A stretch of 64,000 bases of DNA from Lama glama (Eukaryota), in assembly GCA_028534125.1 (NCBI GenBank), contig CM052818.1:42224001-42288000 (forward strand), in the 5' to 3' direction. Below are positions 49,995 through 62,754 of the stretch, in pieces. Numbering within the stretch: the stretch's first letter is position 1; each line of letters begins with the position of its first letter. Under the pieces are notes generated by a model. The model did no database searches and had not been told where the DNA came from. It saw only the letters and a program-made list of their open reading frames with translations. The position numbers and the translations under genes are program-made.

Positions 49995-50956
49995 AATAAT
50001 GCATTTATGTAAATTTAGTTGTTGATGGACATTTAGGTTACTTGCATTGTCTTGGCTATTGTAAATAATGCTGTGAACACTGGGGTGCATGAATCTTTTT
50101 GAATTAGTGTTTTTGTTCTTTTTGGACATATATCCAGGAATGGAGTTATTGGCTGATACAGTAGTTCTATTTTTAATTTTCTGAGGAATCTCTATACTGT
50201 TTTCCACCGTGGCTGCACCAATTTACATATGTATTGACAGTGTACAAGGGTTCCCTTACTTCCACATCCTCATCAGCATTTGTTATTTGTGGTCCTGTTG
50301 ATAGTTATTCTGACATGAGTCATGTGGTATCTTATTGTGATTTTGATTTGCATTTCTCTGATTAGTAATATTGAGCATGTTTTCATTTGTCTGGTCGTCA
50401 TTTGTATGTCTTCTTTGGAAAAATGTATATTCAGGTCCTCTGCCTATTTTTTAAATTGGGTTTGTATTTTTGATATTGAGTTATATGAGCTGTTCATATA
50501 TTTTGGATATTAACCCCTTAGTGATCATATCATTTGCGAATATTTGCTCCCATTCAGTAGATTATCTTTTTGCTTTGTCAGTGGTTTCCTTTCCTGTGCA
50601 AAGCTTCTAAATTTAATTAGGTCCCACTTGTTTATTTTTGCTTTTGTTTCCTTTGAGGAGACAAATCCAAAAAGATTTTGTTGTGACTTAACATTCGTGT
50701 TTGGCCTATATTTTCTTTTAGGAGTTTTATAGTTTCCATTCTTACATTTATGTCTTTAATTTGTTTTGCAGTTATCTTTGTATATAGTGTGAGAAAATGT
50801 TCTAATTTCATTCTTTTACATGTAGCTGTCCAGTTTTCCCAACACCACTTATTGAAGAGACTGTCTTCCTTATTGTATATTTTTGCCTCTTTTGTTGAAG
50901 TTTAATTGACCATGTGTGTATGGGCCTATTTCTGGGCTCTCTATTCTGGCCTATGG

Positions 50957-50997
<41 letters not shown>

Positions 50998-51690
50998 CCA
51001 GTGCCATACTGTTTTGATTACTGTGGCTTTGTAGTATAGTCTGAAGTCATGGAGCATGATGCCTCCAGCTTTGTTCTTTTTCTAAAGATTGCTTTGACTA
51101 TTTGGAATCTTGTATGGTTCCATATCAATTTTAGGACTTTTTTTGTGAAATATGTCATGGGTATTTTGACAGGGATTGCATTAAATCTGTAGATTGCTTT
51201 AGGTAATATGGGCATTTTAACAATATTAAGTCTTCTAATACATAAACATGGAATACCTTTCCATTTCTTTGTATTATCTTCAATTTTCTTCATCAGTGTT
51301 TTATAGTTTTCAGAGTACGTGTCTTTCACTTCCTTGAATAAAGTTATTTCTAGGCATTTTATTCTTTTTGATATGATTTTAAACAAGATTGTTTTCTTGC
51401 TTTCTCTTTCTGATAGTTCGTTATTAGTGTATTGAAGAGTTTTCTGTATATTAATTTTGTATCCTGAAACTTTACTGAATTCATTTATTAGTTCTAATAG
51501 GTTTTTTGGTAGAGAGTTTAGAGCTTCTAGATACAGAATCATGTCATCTGCAAATAGTGGTAGTTTTACTTCTTCCCTTCCATTTTGGATGCCTTTTATT
51601 TCTTTTTCTTGTGTGAATGATCTGTCCATTGATGGAAGTAGGGTGTTAAAGTCCCCTAGTATTATTGTATTAGTGTCAGTTTCTCCTTGT
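49995..51690 (-). mobile_element. L1, antisense, ORF2 3' half including the RT motif, with an internal deletion joining it to an endonuclease-region stub
   Basis: ORF 51018..51629 contains [13 protein letters not shown] (RT motif C), [20 protein letters not shown] and [16 protein letters not shown]; frameshifted elsewhere. Confidence 0.93.
50958..50992. repeat. (TG)17 microsatellite inside the L1
   Basis: Read directly. Confidence 0.97.
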
Positions 51691-52944
51691 ATAACTAGCT
51701 TTTTAATTGGCTTCCCATTGAGTTACAGATCAAGTTTGACTTGTTCAGTGATAATAACTATGTGTAGTACTACACGTAGGCCCAAATTATTATTATTTTT
51801 TGTTCTTTTTTTTTTAACCAGAATATTTTCTTCTATGCTGAATAATAGAAATAAATATAACTTCACATCTTAAAACCAATGCATGAAAGGTGGCAATTAG
51901 TGGTAGTACACTGTCTGTTTAGCCTTTTGTTCCAAGGCATAGAACACGAATAAAAGAACTTTTTGTAAGTTTATTCTTGATAAAATTTCTTTGAAATAAA
52001 ACATTTTCTTTAGTGTAAGAAATAATTGATGAAAGAGTAGTTGAACATAATAGAACTTGTTGTAATCATTCTTTTCCTGCTGACAGATAAATGTTACCTT
52101 TAAATGACACCAGCAAAGTTTATTGTTTGGAATAAAACAATGAACAGGGTTCTAATATAATGAATCCTAAAATTTAGCAAAAGCAGCCATTATTTTGTAA
52201 AGAGATAATTTAAGTTTACCATGTGCCTCTTTTTTTTAGTGGGTATGATACATTTAAATTTTAAGTCTTCCCTAGCAAAGTGAAAAAAATAGAAGAAAAA
52301 GATGAAATAAAGCATATATAAATGTTGTTTTGTGTTTATAGAACTTTAGATTCAAAGTGTAAGCTTTGCAACTGACCAGACTCTCTATGGTTCTTTAGAA
52401 GAAACAGTTATATTTTCTGGGATTTTTTTGAACCACAATTTCACATACCCTCTTTAGTGATTAGTTTACATGACTAATATTTTTGTTGTGAACACAATTA
52501 ATGTAAAAGTTTTCCTCTGAATTTTATTAAGCATTCTATCATTCTGTTTACCTTATGAAAGAATAAGTAGCTAAAATTTGGGGATTTTTAAAAAGGTAAT
52601 GACAAGAATGATCAATTACTTTGAAGTGTAAAGAATGGTCAGATTTAGGGAAATATATATTCTGAAATCTTTCTTCCCCCTTAAGCGTAACATTACGTGT
52701 CAGATTATCTAGATTGTAGATGTGTACCATCTCCAGTACAGTTTACCCTTTCATCAGGATAATAAACTATATTAAGAAAATATTCTTGTTCTCTTAGATC
52801 GACAAATTACATATCCATGTACCTCCTTGACATATCTGTTCTTTTAAATTTACAAACTGTCCCCTTTTACTACTGTATTCCAATTTTGAATTTTCTTGAT
52901 ATTCATGAGATCACTTTAAAAAAAACCTTTGTTGTGCTGTCAGT

Positions 52945-53075
52945 TAACTCATTCAGTTGGCACATTATTTTAGAGTCTGCTGAATGTTAGGCACTATTTT
53001 AGGTACTGAGGATGTGGCAGAAGACAAAGAAACAAAAATTCTGCCCTTAAGGGGTTTACATTCTGACTGGGGAAC
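52945..53075 (-). mobile_element. L2 3' end fragment
   Basis: taggcactattttaggtactgaggatgtggcag...aaaattctgcccttaaggggtttacattct. Confidence 0.65.
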
Positions 53076-53479
53076 AAGTCCCATTTATTTCTTAAAAGCT
53101 ATCATTTGAGTCGTGATAAAGATGTGATGTTTTTATAGCAACCATTTTAAACTCCTCAAGTTTGCTTTAAAATAATTTCCTTTGTAGAAACATTATGGAA
53201 GAAAATGAAAGAGCAAAAAGTTTTTTTGTTTGTGTTTTGTTTTTTGTTTGTATGTTAAGTATTGGTGATCGGACCTAAGATCAAGCCATATTTGGTACCT
53301 TAATTATATGAAACTGGTACTAGTAACTACTGGTGTTGAGGCTGGTTTTGTATCTCAGTTAATGTGTGCTTTAAATACACACGTAAAAGTTCCATATTGC
53401 GTTGCCTGAATTCAGATTTGAGAAGGCTCACATGGCCTTCTGCCTGCTCCGCGCAGGTCTAACCCGGTGGCCGTCTACT

Positions 53480-53700
53480 AACTAGAGGGGTAAGCTTTGG
53501 ATTCTACCTGTCGAGTTGTGTTTAAATCCCTGGCTTTGTCCTGTATTGACCATGAGGAGAGGGGCAAGCTAACCTGGGCCTGGATTTTCTCAGTATAATA
53601 TGAGGAAGATAATATCCCCTATTAGATAGGCAGGACTAAGTTAGGTATTGTGTATTAAAAGCCCTTCATCCTGCCTCATCTGTAGTAAATATGGAAGCTC
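53480..53700 (+). mobile_element. Degraded MIR
   Basis: gctttggattc...tttaaatccctggctttg...ggcaagctaacct...gataatatcccct. Confidence 0.5.
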
Positions 53701-55289
53701 ATGCTGTTGCTGATCATTGCTCATGTGTTACTATTAGTACTTTTATTATGTCAGTGGTGATCAGCACATTTAGAAACATTGAGTTGTGCTGTGTTTTGAA
53801 AATGCAGCAAAAATACTTCATTAACCTAGGACTCTTCAGGCCTCCTCTTTGGACTGAGCCAGAGCCGAACTTGTCTTTAATGGGTGTTTTGATAAACATA
53901 GATGTTTTCTTACCCATTTCTGTTCATTGAAGCTTGACACAGCTTTACAATTTTCTAGTCTTTAGATACCAAATAAATGTTATTTTGCTGAGAGTCCCAC
54001 ACCATGACTAATCATTTTAGTAATATCCCTTGTATCTAGTATGTACTTTGTGTAGAAAATACAAATCTCAACTTATGATACATTTTTCTCAGATTTTTTG
54101 GAAAACATTTTGGGTTTGGCTTATGGAACCGTGTCTGCTTTAATTACAAAAAGCGGTAATAGTTGGCTACATTATTTTTTTCCCTTGTCCCTCAATTCAT
54201 TACTACAATTTATTCTTATGGTGGAAGAGTGAGCATTATTATCATCACTGTATCCAAATGGTATCTTTTTTTCTTTTCAGTGATCTGTGATAACATGTTA
54301 GCTACTGACGTGGAAGAAAATAAAATAGGTTTCTACTTGGTGACAAATGAAATAGTGTGATTGTGGCATCCATTCTAAGTAATTGTCTATATGATTCTGA
54401 AATTTAAAAATGTGAACTCAACAGGCCTTCGAAAATGTACCCCTGGCACACAGTTTGCTAGGACAGTACATGGCAGCTAAAAAGTGGGTAAAATACTGTT
54501 TTGAAAAATAGTATATAATACATTTCTTATTATGAATACCTAATGGGGAACTTTGACTTCAAGTAATTTGCACCGATAATAATGACTTCAAAGGGGTTGC
54601 TGTTGATTGACGAATCCACCCTGTTCATTTCCAGACCCTTTTAGCTTCTCTGTTCCTTGTAACCCCACAATGGGCTCCTACAACCTTTTACATGAAGACT
54701 AATCTCTTTACATACATAATTTTCAAACACTTGAAGTAATTTCTTGCACGAGGCATGTTTCATAACTTACTAAGATAAGAAGGTGCAAAACATAACCTGC
54801 TAATACACAAAAGCGCAGCCCTTTTCTTGGGGCTATGATAGATTTTAGGAGAATGCTACTGTGATACTCAAAGATGAAATAAGATGATTTATGGAACTGT
54901 AAAAGCAAGGCAGTTGAAATTTGTTTTTAGAATTTTTGTCTTCATTCTTAATTCAGGATGTTTCAGTTGAGTTTTTATGGATTTATGGAACATTAGAGCT
55001 GAAGGTACCTTAGAGATAATGTTTGAAGTGCTTCACTTTGAGACTCATGTGCCAAAGACTGCATAGCTGGTTAAAAGCAGATGTATTTCTGTTTCCCTTG
55101 GCCTCTATTCGAAGCACATTGCTTTGCGCTACTCTGCTGTCTTTACCTCACTCTCCTTTTTTAATTTATTCTTAACTCCGTCCAATCAGGAGTTATTTTT
55201 GCCTCTTAGATTCTCCTTCTGTCATTTGTTAGTGAAGTTTTAAACCTGCAAAATTATTTCTTCACTCTTGCTGTTACCTGTCCTCTAGG

Positions 55290-55472
55290 TCTAGGCTACC
55301 ACCAGCCACATGTGGCTATTTAAATTTTGAATAAAGTTAATTAAAATTAAATAATATTAAACTTTTCTTAGTATCAATGTCACATTTCATGTGGTTTGTA
55401 AAAGTACATACAACCAGTGGTCTCTGTAGCGGATGGCACAGTTGTAGAACATTTCGGTGATCGCGGGAAGTG
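55290..55472 (-). mobile_element. hAT-Charlie MER3-like element
   Basis: ccaccagccacatgtggctatttaaatt...aattaaaattaaataa...tagaacatttcggtgatcgcgggaag. Confidence 0.75.
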
Positions 55473-55830
55473 TGTAAGCTTTTGAGGGAAAGGGACCATT
55501 TATGTTGGCATTAAGAACAGAAACACGGGCTTTTCATAAATACTTGAGAATATATGAATGAACCCATACCATCTTTTAGTTTCTTGCCTCATTTTTTGTT
55601 TTGAATTTTCGTTTTCTTTTTGAACCATGTTATGATCAAAGAAAAATCAGCCATTTCGTATTTTGCATTTACATATTGTAACGATACGTATCATGTACCA
55701 CTTCACATCCCGTAAACAGGAATTGTGGAGATTTAAGGTTATTTACATACTTTTGCACCATGTTCCTTGTGTAGCCAGTCATTGAGGTAACATGTATTTT
55801 AAATGCTTATGCCCTTTTTTTTTTTTTAAG

Positions 55831-55914
55831 TTGTAGCGGTGACTCCTTGATGATCATTCCTTGGCATGAACATAAACACCGAGATAAAGACTGGTGTGAG
55901 GAGCTGGAGTGCAG
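55831..55914 (+). CDS. NBAS: NBAS exon (about exon 22), 84 nt, phase 2-2
   Basis: Acceptor T-tract-aag, donor gtaaga; (C)CSGDSLMIIPWHEHKHRDKDWCEELEC(R). The start could alternatively be 55837 (see findings). Confidence 0.93.
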
Positions 55915-57677
55915 GTAAGAATGGGCCAGCAGGAGGGCTCTTCATTTCTTTGTGGGGTGGATGAACGGAACGCCCTGGAAGGTGGGGTGGATGATTGTTT
56001 ACTTGATGGTAGTCCTGCTCGAGAGTTGGAATAAAGTTTTTTTATTTTTTATTTTTGCTTTTTAAACCTTTACCCGACTCTAGGTATGTTAAAGCTTTTT
56101 TAATGGAAAACTATTAAATGCTGCAAAGGGATTATTCTAAAAGTGGTGTTATGTAACAACTCTTTTCATTATGAGATAGTCTCTTCCGCTCTTTGACACA
56201 TACAGGTGTATTTTTTCATAGTTGTTATTATAGTTTTGTTCTTGATTGAGTTCTAATTTTCACTTTTAAAAGATTTAACCATGGAAAGCCTGAGAACATG
56301 GAGGCATCCAGTACGGTGGAAGGTGGTGCTCAGGGGGTGTGGGGCTGTAAGTCCATGTAAGGAGCATTTGAGTCCCTCTGCCTGCCACTCCTTGGAGTCG
56401 GGTAAACACTCCTCGCTGGTTTTACATTTGCTATGAGTCATCTTATGCTTTTGGATTTTTTAAAATTCTGTGTCTGATAAATGATAAATAAAAGCCCTGG
56501 CCAGTTGTGTAATCACCGCAAGTGAGATTTGGAAGCTCTCTCCATGTTAGCACTCGTGTTGGCAGTTTCCCTTCATTTCGTATCTTCATTTTTGATGTCT
56601 GAGTGAATGAATATGTAACTTGTAGTCACCTGTTTCACTCCAAAGAGTCTTATTGTGATAGCAATTGGATATCCCACTGTGTTTTTGCCGTTACTTTCTT
56701 TTAAAAAAATTATGTTTTAAATTTAATTTTTTATTAAAGTTGTGTATATATTTGCAAATTAAAGATTTAAAGTTTTCTACAAATCTTGTTTAAAAAAGAG
56801 AAAAAAAAAGAGAAAAAACCAAATCCTGGACTCCTTTGTTCTCCTTCCTCGTATCCTCTCTCTGGGGGCAGCTACTTACAGTTCTTTTAAAAGATTCTGT
56901 TGGCATTTACTCCAGTCTGAATAACTTCACTGCTGAGCTGCTTCTTGATTTTTTTAGTTCTGGCTCTTTTCTGTGGACTTGCTCCAAGGGAAGATAATGG
57001 TTTAGTTTCTTTTTACTCCATGTGCTCCACTCCTCTTTGAGCATTTACCTGACTTCTGCTCCCCTTTAAAAATCTTTCACTGTCATTGCAGTGGAGTTTC
57101 AGAAAAAAATGGAGCTTGCTGCCTGGTGTGTATCAGCTGTGTTTAACTAGGAGTCCTCATTTCCCAGCTGTAATGAGAGTTGAAGCAGTCGATAAATGGA
57201 AAAGGGTGGGAGGTTGATGCCAGTGGACATGGTGGGAGGGAAAGGTGCTGTGACACTTGACCACAGTTCTCTCAGTTTAAGATGGTGCCTTTGACAGAGT
57301 AGCACTGTGCCGTTTGTCTCATACTGCCCAGTTCTCCTTGGCCTGTGCCTTTTTATGATTCTAACAAGTGAATAAAAGGAATAAGGTGGTTTCTTCTCAG
57401 ACCGAGCACAGCAAGCTCAATTGTAAGCAAAACTTGCAGTTCTGGAACTCCTCCAACTATAAAAATGAAAAGCCAGGAAAAATCTGGCAAAAGAAAAGGT
57501 GCTTTTGAAGAGAATGCAAATTTTCAGGACATATCTTTCTTTAATCCATTTATTTTATTCCCTTTTTTCTTCCACCCAACCAGTTCTCCCACCCCGCACT
57601 TCCACCTCTGGCAACCGCCAGTCTGTTCTCTGTCTCCATGAGCTTGGTTATGGGGTATCTTGTTGCTTTTTCGTTTG

Positions 57678-57887
57678 CACTTGACCCTTGAACAACGCAG
57701 GGGTTTAGGGGTGCTGACCCTCTGCACAGTCAAAAATGTGCCTGTAATTTGTGATTGACCCCCCCCTCCCCCGTATTTGTGGGTCCCATACACCCACAGA
57801 TGGTGTAGTACTGCAGTATTTACTGTGGGAGAAAACCCCATGTGTAAGTGGATGCAGTTCAAACACATGTTGTTCAAGGGTCAACTG
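57678..57887 (-). mobile_element. Tigger2-family MITE, second copy, opposite orientation to 36096-36310
   Basis: TIRs cacttgacccttgaacaac and gttgttcaagggtcaactg; internal gtatttactg and gtaagtggatgcagttcaaac mirror the first copy. Preceded by a short antisense L1 3' UTR piece (about 57535-57670). Confidence 0.88.
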
Positions 57888-57894
57888 TGATTAA

Positions 57895-58790
57895 TTCTGT
57901 CTTCTGCTGGATTCAAGAATACCAAAGGAAGAAAAACGTGTAATCCCTGTGCTTGTAAAGTGTGTCATCTAGCAGGACAGATGCTGCTGCTGTAAGTGAC
58001 TGATGTGATGAGTGTCATGGGGAAGGGCAGGACCATTGGGACCATTCACAGGGAGACTTAATCGCGGTGGAGATCAAGGAAGATATTCCCAGGGAAGTGG
58101 TGTGAAATCTGAGATGTGAGGGCTGAAGAGCATTTAGCCAGTGGAGGGTGAGTTTGGCAAGTGAGGGGAGGAAGTGTTCTCAGCAGAAGGGAGAACATTT
58201 GGAAGGCTCAAGGTGAGGTCCCCTTTGGGGACTGAAGATAAGACATGTTGAAGTGTACAGAGCAGAAGTGAGACTGGCACCAGGATGAGGCAAGAATATT
58301 TTAAGGCAGATGATGAGCTATAAAAGTAGGCATAAGGATGATATGATCAGGTTTCTGTTTATAAAAAGATGACTGTATTACCTGAGGATATCATGCATTC
58401 AGTTTGGATCTTGTTGCATTTGTATTGCCTGAGAAAACATCGAAGAGCAAATAGAAGGAAGATTTTGGAACTTTGAAGTGAAGCCTCGGGTAGGGGTAAA
58501 ATATGGTGGTCGTTGTAATGTCTGTGGTACTTTATATCGTAGAGTCGAAGGGGAGACCTAGAGAGGGCTCAGTGAGAAGAGGGGGCAGCCGGAGTCTGTG
58601 GAAGAGCTAGTGTTCAGTGATTGTCTAGAGGAAGATGCTCTGGCAAAGATGACTGAAAAGGAGTGACCAGAAAGATGAGACGATGTGGCCTGACAGTGTG
58701 GCACGCTGGATGAGAGACAAGCGTGTCTCTAGAAGGAGAAGGTGGTTAAACCCATCAAACAGTGCTGAGAAGGGGGATAAGATAAGGTCT
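57895..58790 (-). mobile_element. Degraded L2, antisense
   Basis: Purine-rich tract with atatgatcaggtttctgttt, ttcagtttggatcttgttgcatttg, gcaaagatgactgaaaaggagtgaccaga, gtgctgagaag...aagataagg. Confidence 0.6.
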
Positions 58791-59621
58791 GAAAAAATTC
58801 TCAGAGAAACTCAAAGTGGCTTGTGGGTATTTTTCCCCTGAAATGGGGTAGCTTTAAAGGGAAGATTTCAGGGGGAAGGATGTGACTGTTGTGTGGCAGC
58901 GATGGGGAAAGAGTCACTGGTCTGAATGTTAATGACAGCTGTGAGACTGGTTAAGTAAAGGACCACCAGCTGTAAGCACAGTGGGCTGACTAAGGCACGT
59001 GGAGATTTGTGAGCTTTGGGTCTGATCATATATTATAACTGCTAATAATTCCAGTGAAAGTACTACCTGCAAATGAAAACTAAGCACCTGCTCTGTGCCA
59101 AACAGTGCTCTCTTTGTACTTTAATATTATTTTGGATATTCTTGCATGATGATTATTCCCACTTTTATATGAATAAGATGAAATCTTAGACTACTATTAA
59201 CTCAGTAGTTTATGCAAGGTTTCCCAGCTTTCAGGGATGGAATTGCACTTCAGTTCTGACTCCAAAGCCCATTGCCTTATAATAGTAACAATTATACCAC
59301 TTGTCATCTACTACTGACTTGCTTTAGATGAGTGAATGTCCCTGATGGAACATGGCCTTTCCCCCTATTTCTATCTGAAATATCTTAGTGTAATTTTTTT
59401 CTTTAGTCCTTAACTGTGAAGGCGATTGGCCAGGGCCATCCTCATAAAAGCTTCTCATAATTTGTGGTCCCTGTGATGTGCTCCCTGTGTACATTCTTCT
59501 AGATGCTGTTAGTTTCTTGTTTTGCAAATGTCAGTGCATTACTATGTTGCTGACACCCACTAAAGTTATATTATCAACATAAATAAGGTATATTTCCTCT
59601 TATTATTATGAACATGCAAAA

Positions 59622-59790
59622 CAAGGCTTCTTAATTTATATTTGAATCAGAATCACCTGGGGGTGTTTTTCACTAAACAAGGCCCGGCTGGCCATCACAA
59701 GTGATTGTGATTTAGTAGGTATGTGGCAGGCACCCAGCCATGTGCATTTTGTAAATGCTTCCTAGGGTGATTCTGGTTTTATTTTAATAC
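59622..59790. mobile_element. MER5-like hAT element
   Basis: atcagaatcacctggggg...tgatttagtaggt.tgtgg...tgcattttgtaaatgcttcctagggtgattctg. Confidence 0.7.
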
Positions 59791-60061
59791 TTGTTTGATT
59801 GATTTGTGGCATACTCTTTTTGATTTATTGTTCATTCTGATTTTTTTTTTAAGTTGGGAAAACTAATAGGAAAATAAATTAAGCCTCCAAAAAATGTCCC
59901 ATTTATCTTGTAAGCGTGCACATACATACAGGACAACCCACACGCACACACCCACATATACATACGTGCTGCCAGTCTCAGTAATTCCTCTCTCCCCATC
60001 TCTCTCTGTCTCTGTCTCCCTCTCTCACAAATTTATAATTTCCCCCAGCATCTCAGTCAGT

Positions 60062-60068
60062 TACTAAC
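60062..60068 (+). promoter_or_regulatory. Consensus branch point TACTAAC for the last exon in the window
   Basis: Perfect TACTAAC ending 21 nt before the exon start at 60090, followed by a pyrimidine tract. Confidence 0.75.
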
Positions 60069-60089
60069 TGTTCTTTTTGTGCTCGGCAG

Positions 60090-60243
60090 AAAGGTGGTTG
60101 AGCCGAGTCTTCCAGATGACAGTGAGTTCCTGTATGCTGCGCAGCCCGAGTTACTGCCGTACAGGACCAGCCAGCTTGCAGTGGGGAAGGTGACGGACTG
60201 GTATCAGGCCAGAGCGGAGGAAATCGAGCACTACGCTCGACAG
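60090..60243 (+). CDS. NBAS: NBAS exon (about exon 23), 154 nt, phase 2-0
   Basis: Acceptor ttctttttgtgctcggcag, donor gtgagg; (R)KVVEPSLPDDSEFLYAAQPELLPYRTSQLAVGKVTDWYQARAEEIEHYARQ (WY..RA..IE Sec39 motif). Confidence 0.96.
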
Positions 60244-61661
60244 GTGAGGGGAGACTGCCAGCTGTGGCTCCGTGATGCCGGTGGTGCTGTGCCGGACCCT
60301 CAGGATCCTGTGCATGTTCTGGCTGCTGACAGCAGCGATCATGTGCATCATTTGCAAGGGATGAAATGAGTTTATCTTAGTACTTTTAATAATTTATTCA
60401 TTTCCTCAGAAGCTATTGTGTCTTTTTTTTTTGATTCCTAAAGAGCAAACAAATACAACAAAAGTTTCCCAAGTCTTTCTTTAAAATGTAAGCTGCAAAA
60501 TATGCATGTACTCTTCCAGATTTTCCATATGTTCTTAATAGGCTTAATGCCATTTTAATTTAAAAGATTGTATCAACATAAAAATGCTTGATTAGTCTCC
60601 CATTAAATTACATTAATGCAGTTGATTATTACTTGCTTTCTAGGATCCCTGTTTGAAGCTCTGTTTCTAATGCTTTCTTTAAGTCCAAGCCTAATTTCTC
60701 TCAGTTCCCATGTGCCTTTACTGAGATGCGAGACAGCTTTATCAGAGAGGGGATGTGGGAGAGAGAGACGAGGGTTGTGAACCTTAGGAGACTTAAATAC
60801 GAATCTTGACTCTTCCACTGGTAGACATGGGGACTCTGGACCTGCTACCTACCTTTTCTGTACCTGAGGTTTTTCAGGGGGTTAGTTTTTACACAAGAGT
60901 CAATGATAGCAAAGAAAATAAACAGGAAGGAGCATTAAAATTATGCTAATTGAGTTCTCTGCAAATGTAAGCAAAAGTTGTCTCATTTTAGAGGACGGAA
61001 GTTGGCAGTTTGGAGCAAAGAATGGCCGAATGCCCTTTGAAATCTCATTCAGGGTCTGGCCAATGGATGACTTTTTCATTCTACTCGCAGTCTTGGCTTT
61101 GGACTTCCTGTCCTACCATACAGTTTTTCACTTGACAGGAAGGGTGATTCCAGAGGGTCTGATGAGCAGCTGTACTATAGGAAGGAATAAACCTGTTTGT
61201 TTAAATCTCTACTTAGTGTGTCTGGCATGGCCCTGTGTCTCCATTTGATAGCCTTTTTGAATTTCTCCTTGATCTAATTCCTATTTTTAGTATTCACAGA
61301 ATTGGAGATGAATTATTTGCTGGAGCTGATGGTAATGTTACAGATCAAAATTATGAGTGAATAACCAAGAATATTTATGATTGACTTTTCAATCATAAGA
61401 TGGCTAAGGACATTTGAAAATGTTTAGGATTTAAGATACCAGAATAAAAATGTCTGGAGGAGATATGGCTTATTTAATTCTTTGTTATAGACAGATAAAT
61501 TAAAGTCCACAGAAAAGAAAGTGAACAGTTTGCTCAGGGACACATGGGAGCAGAGCCAGACAAAATCCAGGTCTCTGTGTAATCTGTCTTACAGAGTCCA
61601 TATAAAAATGGACAGTTACATAAATCTTAATGATTGAAAGCAAGATAAATTAATCTAAAAA

Positions 61662-62180
61662 AGTGGTTCTTAATTCTCAGACCCACAGTATTTTTTGTAG
61701 GAAATATTTTGTAATGCTTCCATATTATCCTGATGTGAAAATCATAGACATACCTTATTTACAGAAATAATCTCCAAAAAAATTAGTATAATAACTGTAA
61801 CATGTCAGATAAATATGTAAATGCTTGGTCATGACAGCACTAGGAAGCAAAGCCAGTGAGAAATACTGTGAACAAGATAGCTGACGATGCACACAGATTG
61901 AGGTATGTTGTCTTGTTGGGATAAATCACCACAGATTACTGTCTGGGATGTGAACAACTCATGGAAGCATGTTTTTCAGGACGTTTGAAAAGGTAGGCAG
62001 GAATTAGGACAAGGTGGTTGTGTGGGACTGCCTTGCACGTTGTGGGATGTGTAGCCTAGCATTCCTGCTGTCCTCTCACTTAACGTCAGTAAGTTCCACT
62101 AATACTTGAGATGGACCGAAATACCTCCTCAGATTTCCAGAATGCCTCCTGGTGGACGGTTCTGCTCCCATTGAAAACTG
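61662..62180 (+). mobile_element. MER20/MER20B-like hAT element
   Basis: agtggttcttaa left end; gggactgccttgcacgttgtgggatgtgtagc...cagatttccagaatgcctcctgg...cccattgaaaactg right part. Confidence 0.6.
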
Positions 62181-62754
62181 TAATCATAGACCAATGTCCT
62201 GTATCTGGAAATGACAAGTTCATATCAGTCACGTTAGGCAAAGGCGTTATGACTTTGCTAAAAGGAGAAACTCACCTGGTAATTGATGAAGAAAGCTCTC
62301 AAGTGAATAGATGAGGTGCATTTTTGTAGCTTGTACAGGCGAATGTGGGTTGTATGCCATGTATCTGAATGTCTTGTAAGACCAGTGTGTCATATGATTT
62401 ACAGGAGTTTACAAACGCATGTAGTTTATTATTGTCTCTGGCTAATGAAGAAAAGGATCCTGTTTGGGCTAGTTTTGTCTGAGCAATTTGTGGTTTTTAG
62501 CTGAACTTTTAGAGACAGCTTTTTGAGAGTAAGGAGAAAAGGGTGTGTGTGTATGTTATATATACATTAAAAAAAACCCTGATTTCTAGGTAGGTCTGTC
62601 ATTTGAGCAAGAATGAAAATTTTTAAATTTCTCTGTAAAAACTAACCCGTAAAAAATGCTGGGCAGTGAGCCTCATGCATTTCAAAACATAAGTAATGAG
62701 TCCTCAATTTTCAGTGTTTAAATATTTTGTAACCCAAATTTCAATTCTTATTCA

